Part shown: positions 18,724 to 27,197 of the stretch, piece by piece
How positions within the stretch are numbered: the stretch's first letter is position 1
Layout: every line of letters starts with the position of its first letter
Source of the DNA: Saprospiraceae bacterium
GTDB taxonomy: Bacteria > Bacteroidota > Bacteroidia > Chitinophagales > Saprospiraceae
NCBI GenBank assembly: GCA_029262975.1
Contig: JAJCYJ010000440.1
Coordinates: 1-39,983, forward strand
Length of the DNA stretch: 39,983 nt
Reading direction: 5' to 3'
Position numbers and translations under genes: made by a program
The notes under the pieces: generated by a model
Told to the model about the DNA's origin: nothing
Databases searched by the model: none
Seen by the model: the letters and a program-made list of their open reading frames with translations, nothing else

Positions 18724-20277
18724 TCAGTCTTTGTGCTTAATTATCCTTTCGGCAGCCAAAAATCCAGGTGCACAGGTGATCCCCCCGCCCGGATGAGCTC
18801 CACTTCCAGAAAGGTAGAGTCCCTTAATAGGAGTGTCATACCTGGCACAATAGGGGATAGGCCGGGTGATTAACTGATCTACGGCATGTTCACCATGAAA
18901 AATGTGGCCATTTGTAAGATTAAATTGATCTTCAAAGTCTACAGGTGAAAGTACTTCACATCCGACAATCTCATCTCTGGAATTCTCTATATAATCCAGA
19001 AGCATATCTTCTACATTATCTTTTAATCTATCCTTTTGTTCTTTATTCCATCCAGCGTCAAAATGATAAGGCGCAAAATGAACAAGTATGGACAGTACGC
19101 TATGACCATCAGGGGCCACCGTAGGATCTGAGACAGATGGTACATGAATATCTAAGATGGGGTGATCAGAAAATTTCCGATATTTAACAGAGTCAAAGGC
19201 CTTTTCCATTTCATCGATAGAATTTCCTGTTCGCGCATATTCTATAGTATCATCAGATTTAAATTTAAACTTCACTTTATTACTAAGGGCGATATTAACC
19301 TTTGCGGTAGTCCCCCGGGACCTATAATTCTGTATACTTCTTTCTAATGGATAATCGATTACATTGGGAGCCAACAAATCCAGGAATGTGTGCTGAGGTG
19401 TGCAAGAAGATGCCACGATTGGTGAATTTTCTACAGCACCGTCTTTTAGTGTTATCCCGGTTACCATTCCATGTTTATCAACATTTATGCTACTTACCTC
19501 TGACTGCAGTTTTATAACCACACCGGCTGATATAGCTGCTTTTTCGAGTGCGTTCACGAGGGCTTGAGGTCCTCCTACTATGTGCTCTCTGGCACATACT
19601 TCCCACATCAATAAATTCAACGTAGTATATGAAGACCATGGTCCGGTATATGAAGCATAAATTGAAGGTCCCAAGAGTCCGGCTTTAAGGAATTCGGTTT
19701 CGAATCTTTCGTTGAGAAAATCAGCTACGGACATAGGCCCTACTTTGAGCAATTCTGTCATCGTTTTTTTCCCTAACTTTTTCAAAGCAAGGCCTTTCTT
19801 ACCAAGGGCAAAAAGCTCTTTTGTGCCAAATTGAATGAGATCCGGTGGAATCTCGTTTAATAGCGGGAATAAAAATTTACCTATTTCATCTATAAAAATC
19901 CGATAGTCGCGATATGCTTCTCCATCATCTTTTGATATTTTAGTTATTTCTTCAATGGCCTTATTTCTATCAGATGGAAGAAATATTCCCCGGCCATCTT
20001 TGGCCAATATAGCCGCATCCGGACGTGCATTTTTAATTTTTAACCCAAACTGTTCCAAACCTAATTGCTTTAATACAGAGGTCCTGACACCACTTGTGTC
20101 ATGGACTAGTCCGGTAGTTCTGTATCCAGGAATAAATTCATGACCTGAGGCGATACCTCCCAGGAATTTATTCTTTTCGAGCAAAAGAACTTTCATTCCT
20201 TTTTTAGCGAGAATCGTGGCAGTAGTCAGACCATTATGTCCACCACCGATAACAATGATATCATAACTCTTATTCAT
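18724..20277 (-). CDS. FAD-dependent oxidoreductase, phytoene-desaturase (CrtI)/PYROXD2 superfamily, divergent paralog
   Basis: N-terminal dinucleotide fold YDIIVIGGGHNGLTTATILAKKGMKVLLLEKNKFLGG. C-terminal GLYLSGSGAHPGGGI motif. 5 nt downstream of its paralog. Confidence 0.9.
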   Translation of the reverse strand: MNKSYDIIVIGGGHNGLTTATILAKKGMKVLLLEKNKFLGGIASGHEFIPGYRTTGLVHDTSGVRTSVLKQLGLEQFGLKIKNARPDAAILAKDGRGIFLPSDRNKAIEEITKISKDDGEAYRDYRIFIDEIGKFLFPLLNEIPPDLIQFGTKELFALGKKGLALKKLGKKTMTELLKVGPMSVADFLNERFETEFLKAGLLGPSIYASYTGPWSSYTTLNLLMWEVCAREHIVGGPQALVNALEKAAISAGVVIKLQSEVSSINVDKHGMVTGITLKDGAVENSPIVASSCTPQHTFLDLLAPNVIDYPLERSIQNYRSRGTTAKVNIALSNKVKFKFKSDDTIEYARTGNSIDEMEKAFDSVKYRKFSDHPILDIHVPSVSDPTVAPDGHSVLSILVHFAPYHFDAGWNKEQKDRLKDNVEDMLLDYIENSRDEIVGCEVLSPVDFEDQFNLTNGHIFHGEHAVDQLITRPIPYCARYDTPIKGLYLSGSGAHPGGGITCAPGFLAAERIIKHKD

Positions 20278-20282
20278 AATGA

Positions 20283-21872
20283 TTATATAGATCTAGATTG
20301 TAAAATTGTCTTGGCACATAGTTCTCCACTTGCGCCCATAATACCTCCGCCCGGATGCGTACCGGATCCACACATATACAGGCTTGGTACCGAAGTCTTG
20401 TACTTCGCATATCCTGAAATCGGTCGCTGAAAGAGCAACTGCTCAAGACTTAACTCTCCCTGGAAAATATTGCCTTCCGTCAGACCCATTTGTTTTTCGA
20501 TATCCCATGGTGTAAGCACCTGACGATAAAGGATCATATCTTTTAATCCCGGGATATATTCAGCCATAGTATCCACTACAGCATCACCAAACGCCTCCCT
20601 GTATTTGGGCCAATTTTCAGCTCCTTCTTTAATGTTATAGGGAGCATATTGTACAAAACATGAAAGTATATGCTTCCCTGGAGGAGCTACTGTTGGGTCT
20701 GTGAGCGATGGAATTACCGCATTGATATACGGTCGTTTGCTGAATGATCCATATTTGGCTTCATCAAATGCCTTTTCCAGGTAATCAATACTAGGTGCAA
20801 TGGCAATATCACCCCGAAGATGATCGCCTACCCCCGGCCGACATGAAAATTCCGGGACCCTGTCCAGCGCCAGGTTCACCTTTCCTGAACTTCCCCGAAA
20901 TTTGAATCTTTTTACTTGTTTTACTATTTCATCATCCAAATTCTTTTCACCGACCAGATTCAAATACGTCTGGTTTGGATCAAGATTTGAAATGATAGTT
21001 TTAGCGGTATATTCATCACCGTTCTCAAGGACTACACCATAAGCCTGGCCATTTTTAATCAAAACTTTATGTACAGGGGCATTCGTTTTAATTTCTGCTC
21101 CATATGATCTTGCTGCATTGGCGCAGGCCATACTGATACCACCAGTTCCACCTTTTGAGAAACCCCATGATCTGAAAGCACCGTCCAACTGACCCATATA
21201 GTGATGGAGCAGGACATAAGCAGTTCCAGGAGAACGAACGCCCTGGAAAGTCCCAATGATTCCACTTACTGACATGGGCGCCTTCAAGACTTCAGATTCA
21301 AACCATTGATCGAGAAAATCAAGGGCACTCATCGTGACGAGTTTAATATTCATGTGAAGCAGGTCAGGACCTAAGTCCTTAAATGCTTTACCCAACCGGA
21401 GAAGATTAGCTAATTCTTTGATTTTCAAGGAGTTAATATCTGGCGCAGGGTGATCAATAACCTCTTTGGCCAATTTGCCCATATGTGTCATGATTCTACT
21501 GAATTCCGGGTATACCTCAGCATCTTTTTGGCTAAAACGGGATATTTCTCTGCGTGACTTATGAGCATCTCCCCATCGTGCCAATGAATCACCATTAGGC
21601 AATGGTGAAAGTGAGCAATCCATAGGGATTACTTCATATCCATGTTTTGCAAGTTCGAGTTCCCTGATGATGTGAGGGCGAAATAAACTGACGACATATG
21701 AAGCGACAGAAAATGTAAATCCCGGATATAATTCTTCAGATACGGCGGCACCACCCAGTACATATCTTTTTTCCAGTACCAGCACTTTCTTGCCTGCTTT
21801 TGCCAAATATGCGGCGCAAATCAGCCCGTTATGGCCACCACCTACTACTATTGCATCATAATTTCCTTTCAT
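20283..21872 (-). CDS. FAD-dependent oxidoreductase, PYROXD2-like
   Basis: YDAIVVGGGHNGLICAAYLAKAGKKVLVLEKRYVLGGAAVSEELYPGFTFSVASY, LDQWFESEVLKAP, YVLLHHYMG and LYMCGSGTHPGGGIMG align closely with human PYROXD2 as I recall it. Confidence 0.9.
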   Translation of the reverse strand: MKGNYDAIVVGGGHNGLICAAYLAKAGKKVLVLEKRYVLGGAAVSEELYPGFTFSVASYVVSLFRPHIIRELELAKHGYEVIPMDCSLSPLPNGDSLARWGDAHKSRREISRFSQKDAEVYPEFSRIMTHMGKLAKEVIDHPAPDINSLKIKELANLLRLGKAFKDLGPDLLHMNIKLVTMSALDFLDQWFESEVLKAPMSVSGIIGTFQGVRSPGTAYVLLHHYMGQLDGAFRSWGFSKGGTGGISMACANAARSYGAEIKTNAPVHKVLIKNGQAYGVVLENGDEYTAKTIISNLDPNQTYLNLVGEKNLDDEIVKQVKRFKFRGSSGKVNLALDRVPEFSCRPGVGDHLRGDIAIAPSIDYLEKAFDEAKYGSFSKRPYINAVIPSLTDPTVAPPGKHILSCFVQYAPYNIKEGAENWPKYREAFGDAVVDTMAEYIPGLKDMILYRQVLTPWDIEKQMGLTEGNIFQGELSLEQLLFQRPISGYAKYKTSVPSLYMCGSGTHPGGGIMGASGELCAKTILQSRSI

Positions 21873-23092
21873 TGTTTTTTGTTTTCGACTGAAGGAGTGG
21901 ATTTTTTACGTTCTGGATTAAAGAATTGAGGACTGGTTAATCTGGCCGACACGGTATGACGGATATGCTCGACAGTACATTCTATCTGTACAGTTGCACC
22001 GGGTTTGTCAAACTTTTTTTCGATTGTAGCAAGCGCAATATTTTTCTTTAATATGGGAGACCATGTGCCACTTGTGGCATATCCGATTTGTGTCTTTTTG
22101 CTTTTGTCTTTGTAGATAGGGATTGAATCTCGCCATGCCATACTTCCTACTTCGGGAGGGAGACCATATGAATTGTATAGCTTTTCGATTTCAGTCCAAT
22201 CAATATCGAGACCGACAATAGTCCATGAAGAACCACTTTCCTTTTCTTTTTTTAGTGCCTTCTGTCCATTGAAAGGTGCTCGTTCCAAATTAACAGTCCA
22301 CCCGAGCGAAATCTCATAGGGCGAGGATTTTCTATCATCGATCAATGCATGCAGTGCATTATAGTAATCAACGTCTTTTAATATTAATCCGGCTTCCACA
22401 CGTGTGACATCGAGGGCATCCAAACCAGCTGGCCGGATATTATAACGACCGCCTTCAGCCATGAGTAGATCGTAGAGCTTTATAGCATTGGCATTGTCTA
22501 CCCACAATTCATAACCCAGATCACCTGTATATCCTGTCCGTGAAATGTTGATTTCAAAACCTGCAACCCTTGCTCTAGTGGTGCCAAAGAATTTCAGCCT
22601 ATCCATGTCAGCTGAAGTGATTTGTTTGATGATATCCCGTGATGTTGGCCCTTGTAAAGCTAGTCCTGCTATCTGAGTCGAAATATCTTCTAGTTGAACA
22701 TCATAACCTCGTTTGAACCTGCTAAACCATGAAAAGCATGGGTCTGCTGATGTGACAAAGAATTCCTCATCTCCCCGCCGCATGACAGTACCGTCATCTA
22801 CGACTTTGCCATCTGCAGTACACCAACAACAATAAGTCACTCGTCCTACCTTCAGCTTGTTTATATTTTTGACCATTATTCGGGATAGGAAAGAAGCAGC
22901 ATCTTTTCCTTTGACTGAATACTTATATAATGGAGTAATATCAAGCAATCCAGCAGAATTTCTAAAAGCGAAGTACTCCATATCATGATGTACAAGATAG
23001 GAGCTGACGGCATAGTAGCCGGCCCATTCCTTGTAGTTCATGCTTTCGCAGAGTTGACTTGTGCGGGGATGAAAAGGTGATTTAACAGGCAT
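21869..23092 (-). CDS. GcvT-family aminomethyltransferase (folate-binding) protein
   Basis: About 407 aa from the ATG at 23092 (MPVKSPFHPRTSQL...), with a GcvT-like fold pattern (GLLDITPLYKY, ALQGPTSRDI, TGYTGDLGYELW, FNGQKAL). Its stop overlaps the next start by 4 nt (ATGA). The track ORF starts at 23149. Confidence 0.85.
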   Translation of the reverse strand: MPVKSPFHPRTSQLCESMNYKEWAGYYAVSSYLVHHDMEYFAFRNSAGLLDITPLYKYSVKGKDAASFLSRIMVKNINKLKVGRVTYCCWCTADGKVVDDGTVMRRGDEEFFVTSADPCFSWFSRFKRGYDVQLEDISTQIAGLALQGPTSRDIIKQITSADMDRLKFFGTTRARVAGFEINISRTGYTGDLGYELWVDNANAIKLYDLLMAEGGRYNIRPAGLDALDVTRVEAGLILKDVDYYNALHALIDDRKSSPYEISLGWTVNLERAPFNGQKALKKEKESGSSWTIVGLDIDWTEIEKLYNSYGLPPEVGSMAWRDSIPIYKDKSKKTQIGYATSGTWSPILKKNIALATIEKKFDKPGATVQIECTVEHIRHTVSARLTSPQFFNPERKKSTPSVENKKQ

Positions 23093-23328
23093 TTTTATCG
23101 ATGAATTGTGAGTTGGTAAAGTTTGAAGTAGAAGATCTGATCTCGACAAATGAGAAGGCTTGAGGTAAGCAAGCTTATGGGGCCATTTAGAGCCCGGGAA
23201 TAAAGGTATAAGGAGGGAATTTTAAGATCATGGACAATTATAAGGATAAATAGTCGATTGATGGCCAGTGGCGTTTATATTTTATTGTGCGCCAATTCGT
23301 GTGCTAATGAACATTCTCATAACTCATA

Positions 23329-23372
23329 TTGTCCGTCAGGTGAATTGTCAAATATGAGTTATATCGGGCTTC
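23329..23372. repeat. 11-bp-stem inverted repeat in an ORF-free region
   Basis: ATAACTCATAT (23329-23339) pairs perfectly with ATATGAGTTAT (23362-23372) across a 22-nt loop. Confidence 0.5.
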
Positions 23373-23940
23373 CCAAGGCTTTTTTAAAAAAGTGGGGCAG
23401 GGATTAATTGAGATGCTCTGTTCGTCTGCTGTTTTCTATCGAAACCTCAGAGCTTTTCACTGGAATGTTTTTTTTGAAAGATGAACAAAAATTCACTAAT
23501 TCCTCCTAATAGGTTGGGTACAAAAAACTTGCATAGGACTAAAATTAAATTCAACATTAACATTCGAAGGATGATTACTTTATAATAATGGGATATGGAC
23601 AGATTGAGACTATTTTAAATAAACTTATCGTACTTAACATCCCTTTACAAGTTCTTCCATATTTATGCACCAATACGAACCAGGAGACAATTCACATAAT
23701 TGTCTTTCCATTCTATTTATTTGATCTCATCAAATAAGGCGTATGCGTTTGCCATTGGAAGAATTTTTCTTTTCCTTTACGGAAACCTAAGGAGGGCAAA
23801 ATAATACCCTCAAACATTTAAACGACCTTTCTTCTCACTCATGGTTGTCATCTCGAACTAATATATTTCGACATTTAGGGTGTTAGAAATTTGTTTTTTG
23901 AACACTTATGATATTGAAAAAATGAGGCATTTATGCTTTG

Positions 23941-24549
23941 TTACGCCGCATGGCGCTCCAGGATAATTTTACATCTTGTTGGCGATGTAACCTTGACAGA
24001 ATGGCTGATATGCAAGGGTATTTCTAAAAAGTCTCCTGTCTGAAGGGCATGTACTTTACTGCCTATGGTAATCTCGCAAGAACCTTCTACAATTAGAAAT
24101 TTTTCTATTTCATCCGTGTGAACTTCAGGGGGGGCGCCTTCTTTCAGCCATATAATCATTGTAGTTTTCTCTTCATTTGAACCAATAATTCTGCCACACA
24201 TTGAATCGTACTCATCGGGCTCTTGTAGATCAGTTCTGTCTAGCCATACACTGAATTCTGATAATTTAGAATTACTACTCAGGGTAGGAGGGATAACTGG
24301 AATTTCGCCATTTTGGATTCTGTCGGTATAATTTATTCCAGCTAACAGCATCGGTTTGGCGGTAGGATCAACTTCTGAAGCATTGGCAAAAGCATATGAC
24401 TCCAGGGCCATTTCTATTTCTGTTATTTCCTCAAGGATTTCAGGATAATTGGCTGCAGCCTCTTCCACCTCTAATCTCTCCTTTTCGGAAAGATCTCCAA
24501 TAACATAGAGTTCTAATATGCCGGAATTCTTTATCTCCATTAAATCCAT
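23941..24549 (-). CDS. Soluble anti-sigma factor with C-terminal ChrR-like cupin domain
   Basis: The N-terminal helical region resembles anti-sigma domains (ELYVIGDLSEKERLEVEEAAANYPE) but has no His/Cys zinc ligands. C-terminal cupin (FLIVEGSCEITIGSKVHALQTGDFLEIPLHISH). No TM segment. An alternative ATG at 24540 forms TAATG with the sigma stop. Confidence 0.75.
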   Translation of the reverse strand: MDLMEIKNSGILELYVIGDLSEKERLEVEEAAANYPEILEEITEIEMALESYAFANASEVDPTAKPMLLAGINYTDRIQNGEIPVIPPTLSSNSKLSEFSVWLDRTDLQEPDEYDSMCGRIIGSNEEKTTMIIWLKEGAPPEVHTDEIEKFLIVEGSCEITIGSKVHALQTGDFLEIPLHISHSVKVTSPTRCKIILERHAA

Positions 24550-25121
24550 AATATAAGGCTTATTAAGAGGTAAAGAAAAAGAGCACTTGTGAAACTCGTT
24601 TTTTCGTTTTGAAGTGATTCTCTAAGTATGCTTATGGATTTTCTTAAACGAGATTTGATGGTTCCTATGGGTAGATTTAAAAGATCAGATGCCTCTTTAT
24701 GGGTATACCCTTTGAGGTATATACAATCGAGAACAACTTTATATTTCTCGTCCAGAGGTTTGGTAAGACTTATAACGTCAAGCTTGCTATGATTATCTGT
24801 AATAGAGCTGTCATGATGTGCTACATTTAATGTGGTAGTATTTGACAAATGTTCAAATCGTTTTAATCTTTTTTGATCTATAGCGCAATTTCGTGCGATT
24901 CGTGCCATCCAAGTAAACAAAGTCGATTTGGTACTATCATATCTTCCAAAATTAGTCCAAATTTTCATGAATGTCTCCTGAAGAATTTCTTCTGCAATCG
25001 CTTCAGAGCCTACGATCCTTATAATAATTCCTTTGAGCGCACCACCATAATGATCATATAGAAAAGTAAGCCCTTTCTCATCTTTTCGAATCATGTAATC
25101 AACTGCAGCTGTGAGCTTCAT
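24540..25121 (-). CDS. ECF (group IV) RNA polymerase sigma-70 factor
   Basis: Region 2 (EEILQETFMKIW...FTWMARIARNCAIDQKR) and region 4 HTH (YTHKEASDLLNLPIGTIKSRLRKS). Unusual hydrophobic C-terminal tail. Confidence 0.9.
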   Translation of the reverse strand: MKLTAAVDYMIRKDEKGLTFLYDHYGGALKGIIIRIVGSEAIAEEILQETFMKIWTNFGRYDSTKSTLFTWMARIARNCAIDQKRLKRFEHLSNTTTLNVAHHDSSITDNHSKLDVISLTKPLDEKYKVVLDCIYLKGYTHKEASDLLNLPIGTIKSRLRKSISILRESLQNEKTSFTSALFLYLLISLILWI

Positions 25122-25314
25122 AACGGTATCAAAGATCTGAATTCTTTTAAGATTATCAAATGATTAGGAATAAAAGCTTTGTTCGGTAAATTTGGAGTAC
25201 GTCTTCTCTTTTTGAGTCAGAATTTTGAATACGCTGATATTAATATCGTGTACCATAGATCCTCTGCTATTATATTTCCCGGTTTAAGCCAATAATAGTT
25301 TATATGCTCCATTA

Positions 25315-25764
25315 TTAATTGTGACTCAACCTGTTCAAAAATCGATCGAATAAATAAAACATCCATAATGAAACTGATCCTAAGAGGAGTTCATTTTTTA
25401 TTATAGTAACTCCTGCATATTCATCAGGGATAGATGGATCATTTACAAAAATGTACAATCCTATTATAACCAATATTACAGTTACTACTATGATCAGTAC
25501 ATGCCTTGTAAACCTTGTCCAAAAAATATATGAGCTGTCTAATTGATTTTCAAAACTAATTCTATCCATTATAGTATGCGCAAACCTCATAGACGGTTCT
25601 TCCTTCTCAATTGTATGCAAATCATTATGGATGAGGCCAATTAATTGAAACTCGTACATGCAGAGATTACAGGATTCTAGATGAGTCCGAAGCAAAGTGC
25701 GTTCTTCTTCACTTATGTCTTCAGAATATAATTTCCATAGTTTTTCTTCCTCAATGTGGTTCAT
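25315..25764 (-). CDS. Membrane anti-sigma factor with zf-HC2 motif
   Basis: HLESCNLC (H-x3-C-x2-C) near the N-terminus. TM helices (HVLIIVVTVILVIIGLYIF; LLLGSVSLWMFYLF). 10 nt downstream of an ECF sigma gene. Confidence 0.75.
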   Translation of the reverse strand: MNHIEEEKLWKLYSEDISEEERTLLRTHLESCNLCMYEFQLIGLIHNDLHTIEKEEPSMRFAHTIMDRISFENQLDSSYIFWTRFTRHVLIIVVTVILVIIGLYIFVNDPSIPDEYAGVTIIKNELLLGSVSLWMFYLFDRFLNRLSHN

Positions 25765-25774
25765 GATCGTTTTT

Positions 25775-26335
25775 TCATTCTTTTAATTCGCGCTTTAGAG
25801 TTGGAGAGATGATAGATCTTAGATTATTCCTGGCCCTGAATAGTTTAACTTTTATGTTACTATTAGTCATTCCAGTTATTTCCGAAATCTCATTAATACT
25901 TAAATCTTCCAGATAATATAAGTTTATTATTATGCCCTGATCTTTATCTAGTTTATCAATACAAAATTTTAATATTTCTTTGCGATTAACAATGTTAGTC
26001 GCGTCATACGGAGAATAGTGTTCAATCAATAATTCTTCATGACTGCTATCTATAGATGTCTTATTCATCTGTTTTATTCGCTTACGGTCGATAGACGTGG
26101 TATAAGCAATTCGCATAACCCACCCCTTAAATTTAGCATAGTCTTTTAGTTTATTTAACTCCTTGAAACATTTGATAAAAACGTCTTGGGCCACTTCTTC
26201 TGCTTCCTCTCTATTTTTTAATATCCTAAGGCAAAAAGTAAAGACAGAAGATTGATATTTTCGAATTAGCTGAGCATAGGAATCAGAATCTCTGTTTTTG
26301 ATTATTTTAGTAATTATATCCTGATCGTCAATCAT
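25775..26335 (-). CDS. ECF RNA polymerase sigma-70 factor
   Basis: Region 2 (EEVAQDVFIKCF...FKGWVMRIAYTTSIDRKR) and region 4 (LSINEISEITGMTNSNIKVKLFRAR). Confidence 0.9.
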   Translation of the reverse strand: MIDDQDIITKIIKNRDSDSYAQLIRKYQSSVFTFCLRILKNREEAEEVAQDVFIKCFKELNKLKDYAKFKGWVMRIAYTTSIDRKRIKQMNKTSIDSSHEELLIEHYSPYDATNIVNRKEILKFCIDKLDKDQGIIINLYYLEDLSINEISEITGMTNSNIKVKLFRARNNLRSIISPTLKRELKE

Positions 26336-26380
26336 TAAATTCAGTCTATATTCAATCCTTTTAGTTAATTCTCAATTCAC

Positions 26381-26610
26381 TCCTATCGTCCGCCCTGGGC
26401 ATAAAGTAAGAACGACTGACCCCGCGGGTCGAGTACGCTCCCGCTATACGGTGGGACTCGAAAGGAGAGGAGGCATAAGCCAAAGAATAGGATGCATTAC
26501 GAATCATAACCTTTAGAAAGATAAGCACTAATCCGTCCCACTTTATAAAGGGGTTGATAGAGAAGGCCAATCCTCCGACCTGCGGCCACCTCCTTTGAAA
26601 AGGAGGACAT
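26381..26610. ncRNA. Candidate structured RNA or regulatory leader (GC-rich island, class not identified)
   Basis: I count 116 G+C in these 230 nt (about 50%), against 25/90 (about 28%) in the next 90 nt. There are several mutually exclusive-looking helices (see finding). The only ORF here (26361-26570) has an implausible composition. Confidence 0.35.
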
Positions 26611-26846
26611 TACTCTTGTTACAAAAGAAAGAAAAAATGGAGCGTGTAAGCTTTTCATTTTAACTCAATTTATAGTACCCAAGTACATTTTAATAAAACC
26701 CATAAAACTCACTAAACCTATAAAGTATGACGAGTTGAGATAGTCATTTGGTTACAGCCGTTACAAATTTTTTTAATCATTGTAACCATTATGATCTGTA
26801 TTCCCGTCATTGATAGTAGAGTTATTAATTCAATAAATTATACATT

Positions 26847-27185
26847 ATGCTTTTCGCAGTTGCCTCTATACTTTTAGTTTGTGTTATATTAATAGTATCA
26901 CTTACCCATATCCTCGTAACTACAAGACTTAAAGAAAAATTGGCCTTGTTAGAAAAAGGTATTGATCCATCGACCGTAATCGACGAGTTATTTTTTCCAA
27001 ATACATTAAGGATTGGATTTTTATTATTTGGTGTTGGTCTGGGATTTTTCTCTGCTCTTTTAATAGATGAATACGCATTGAATCACATAGATAACCCAGC
27101 CATTTATCCCGGGATTATTTTAATGTTTGGAGGGATCAGCCAAATCCTCTTCTATTCTTTCTTTCATAAAAAAAACAAGAAATAA
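26847..27185 (+). CDS. Small membrane protein (3 TM), unknown function
   Basis: 112-aa ORF with three hydrophobic helices. Ends 12 nt before the next gene start. Confidence 0.55.
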   Translation: MLFAVASILLVCVILIVSLTHILVTTRLKEKLALLEKGIDPSTVIDELFFPNTLRIGFLLFGVGLGFFSALLIDEYALNHIDNPAIYPGIILMFGGISQILFYSFFHKKNKK

Positions 27186-27197
27186 AATCCTCGTATC

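Noticed and set aside
23093-23400. Glycine or THF riboswitch upstream of the GcvT-like gene.
   Set aside because: I could not find the conserved glycine-riboswitch cores (GGAGAG...CACCGAAGGGGCAA-like) on the minus strand. I could not find a convincing THF-riboswitch core either. The protein is also not a canonical glycine-cleavage GcvT operon member.
26361-26570. 69-aa minus-strand ORF in the track.
   Set aside because: It lies entirely in the GC-rich helix-dense island and starts with a non-ATG codon. It has no upstream gene coupling, and its composition (e.g. YASSPFESHRIAGAYSTRGVSRSYFMPRADDRSELRIN) does not look like a real protein. It is more likely an accidental open frame in structured RNA/DNA.
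26381-26610. Known RNA classes for the GC-rich island: tRNA, tmRNA, RNase P RNA, SRP RNA, group II intron domain V.
   Set aside because: - tRNA/tmRNA: there is no T-loop. GCGGG...CCCGC encloses 11 nt rather than 7, and there is no GGGG..UGA 5' end or CCA-proximal acceptor.
- RNase P RNA: there is no GAGGAAAGUCC or ACAGAA P4 element.
- SRP RNA: the segment CAGGUCGGAGGAUUGGCC only loosely resembles the SRP domain IV motif and lacks the AGCA/GNAR features.
- Group II intron domain V: the 31-nt hairpin starts GAGC like domain V, but its bulges are on the wrong strand and no intron ORF or other domains are nearby.
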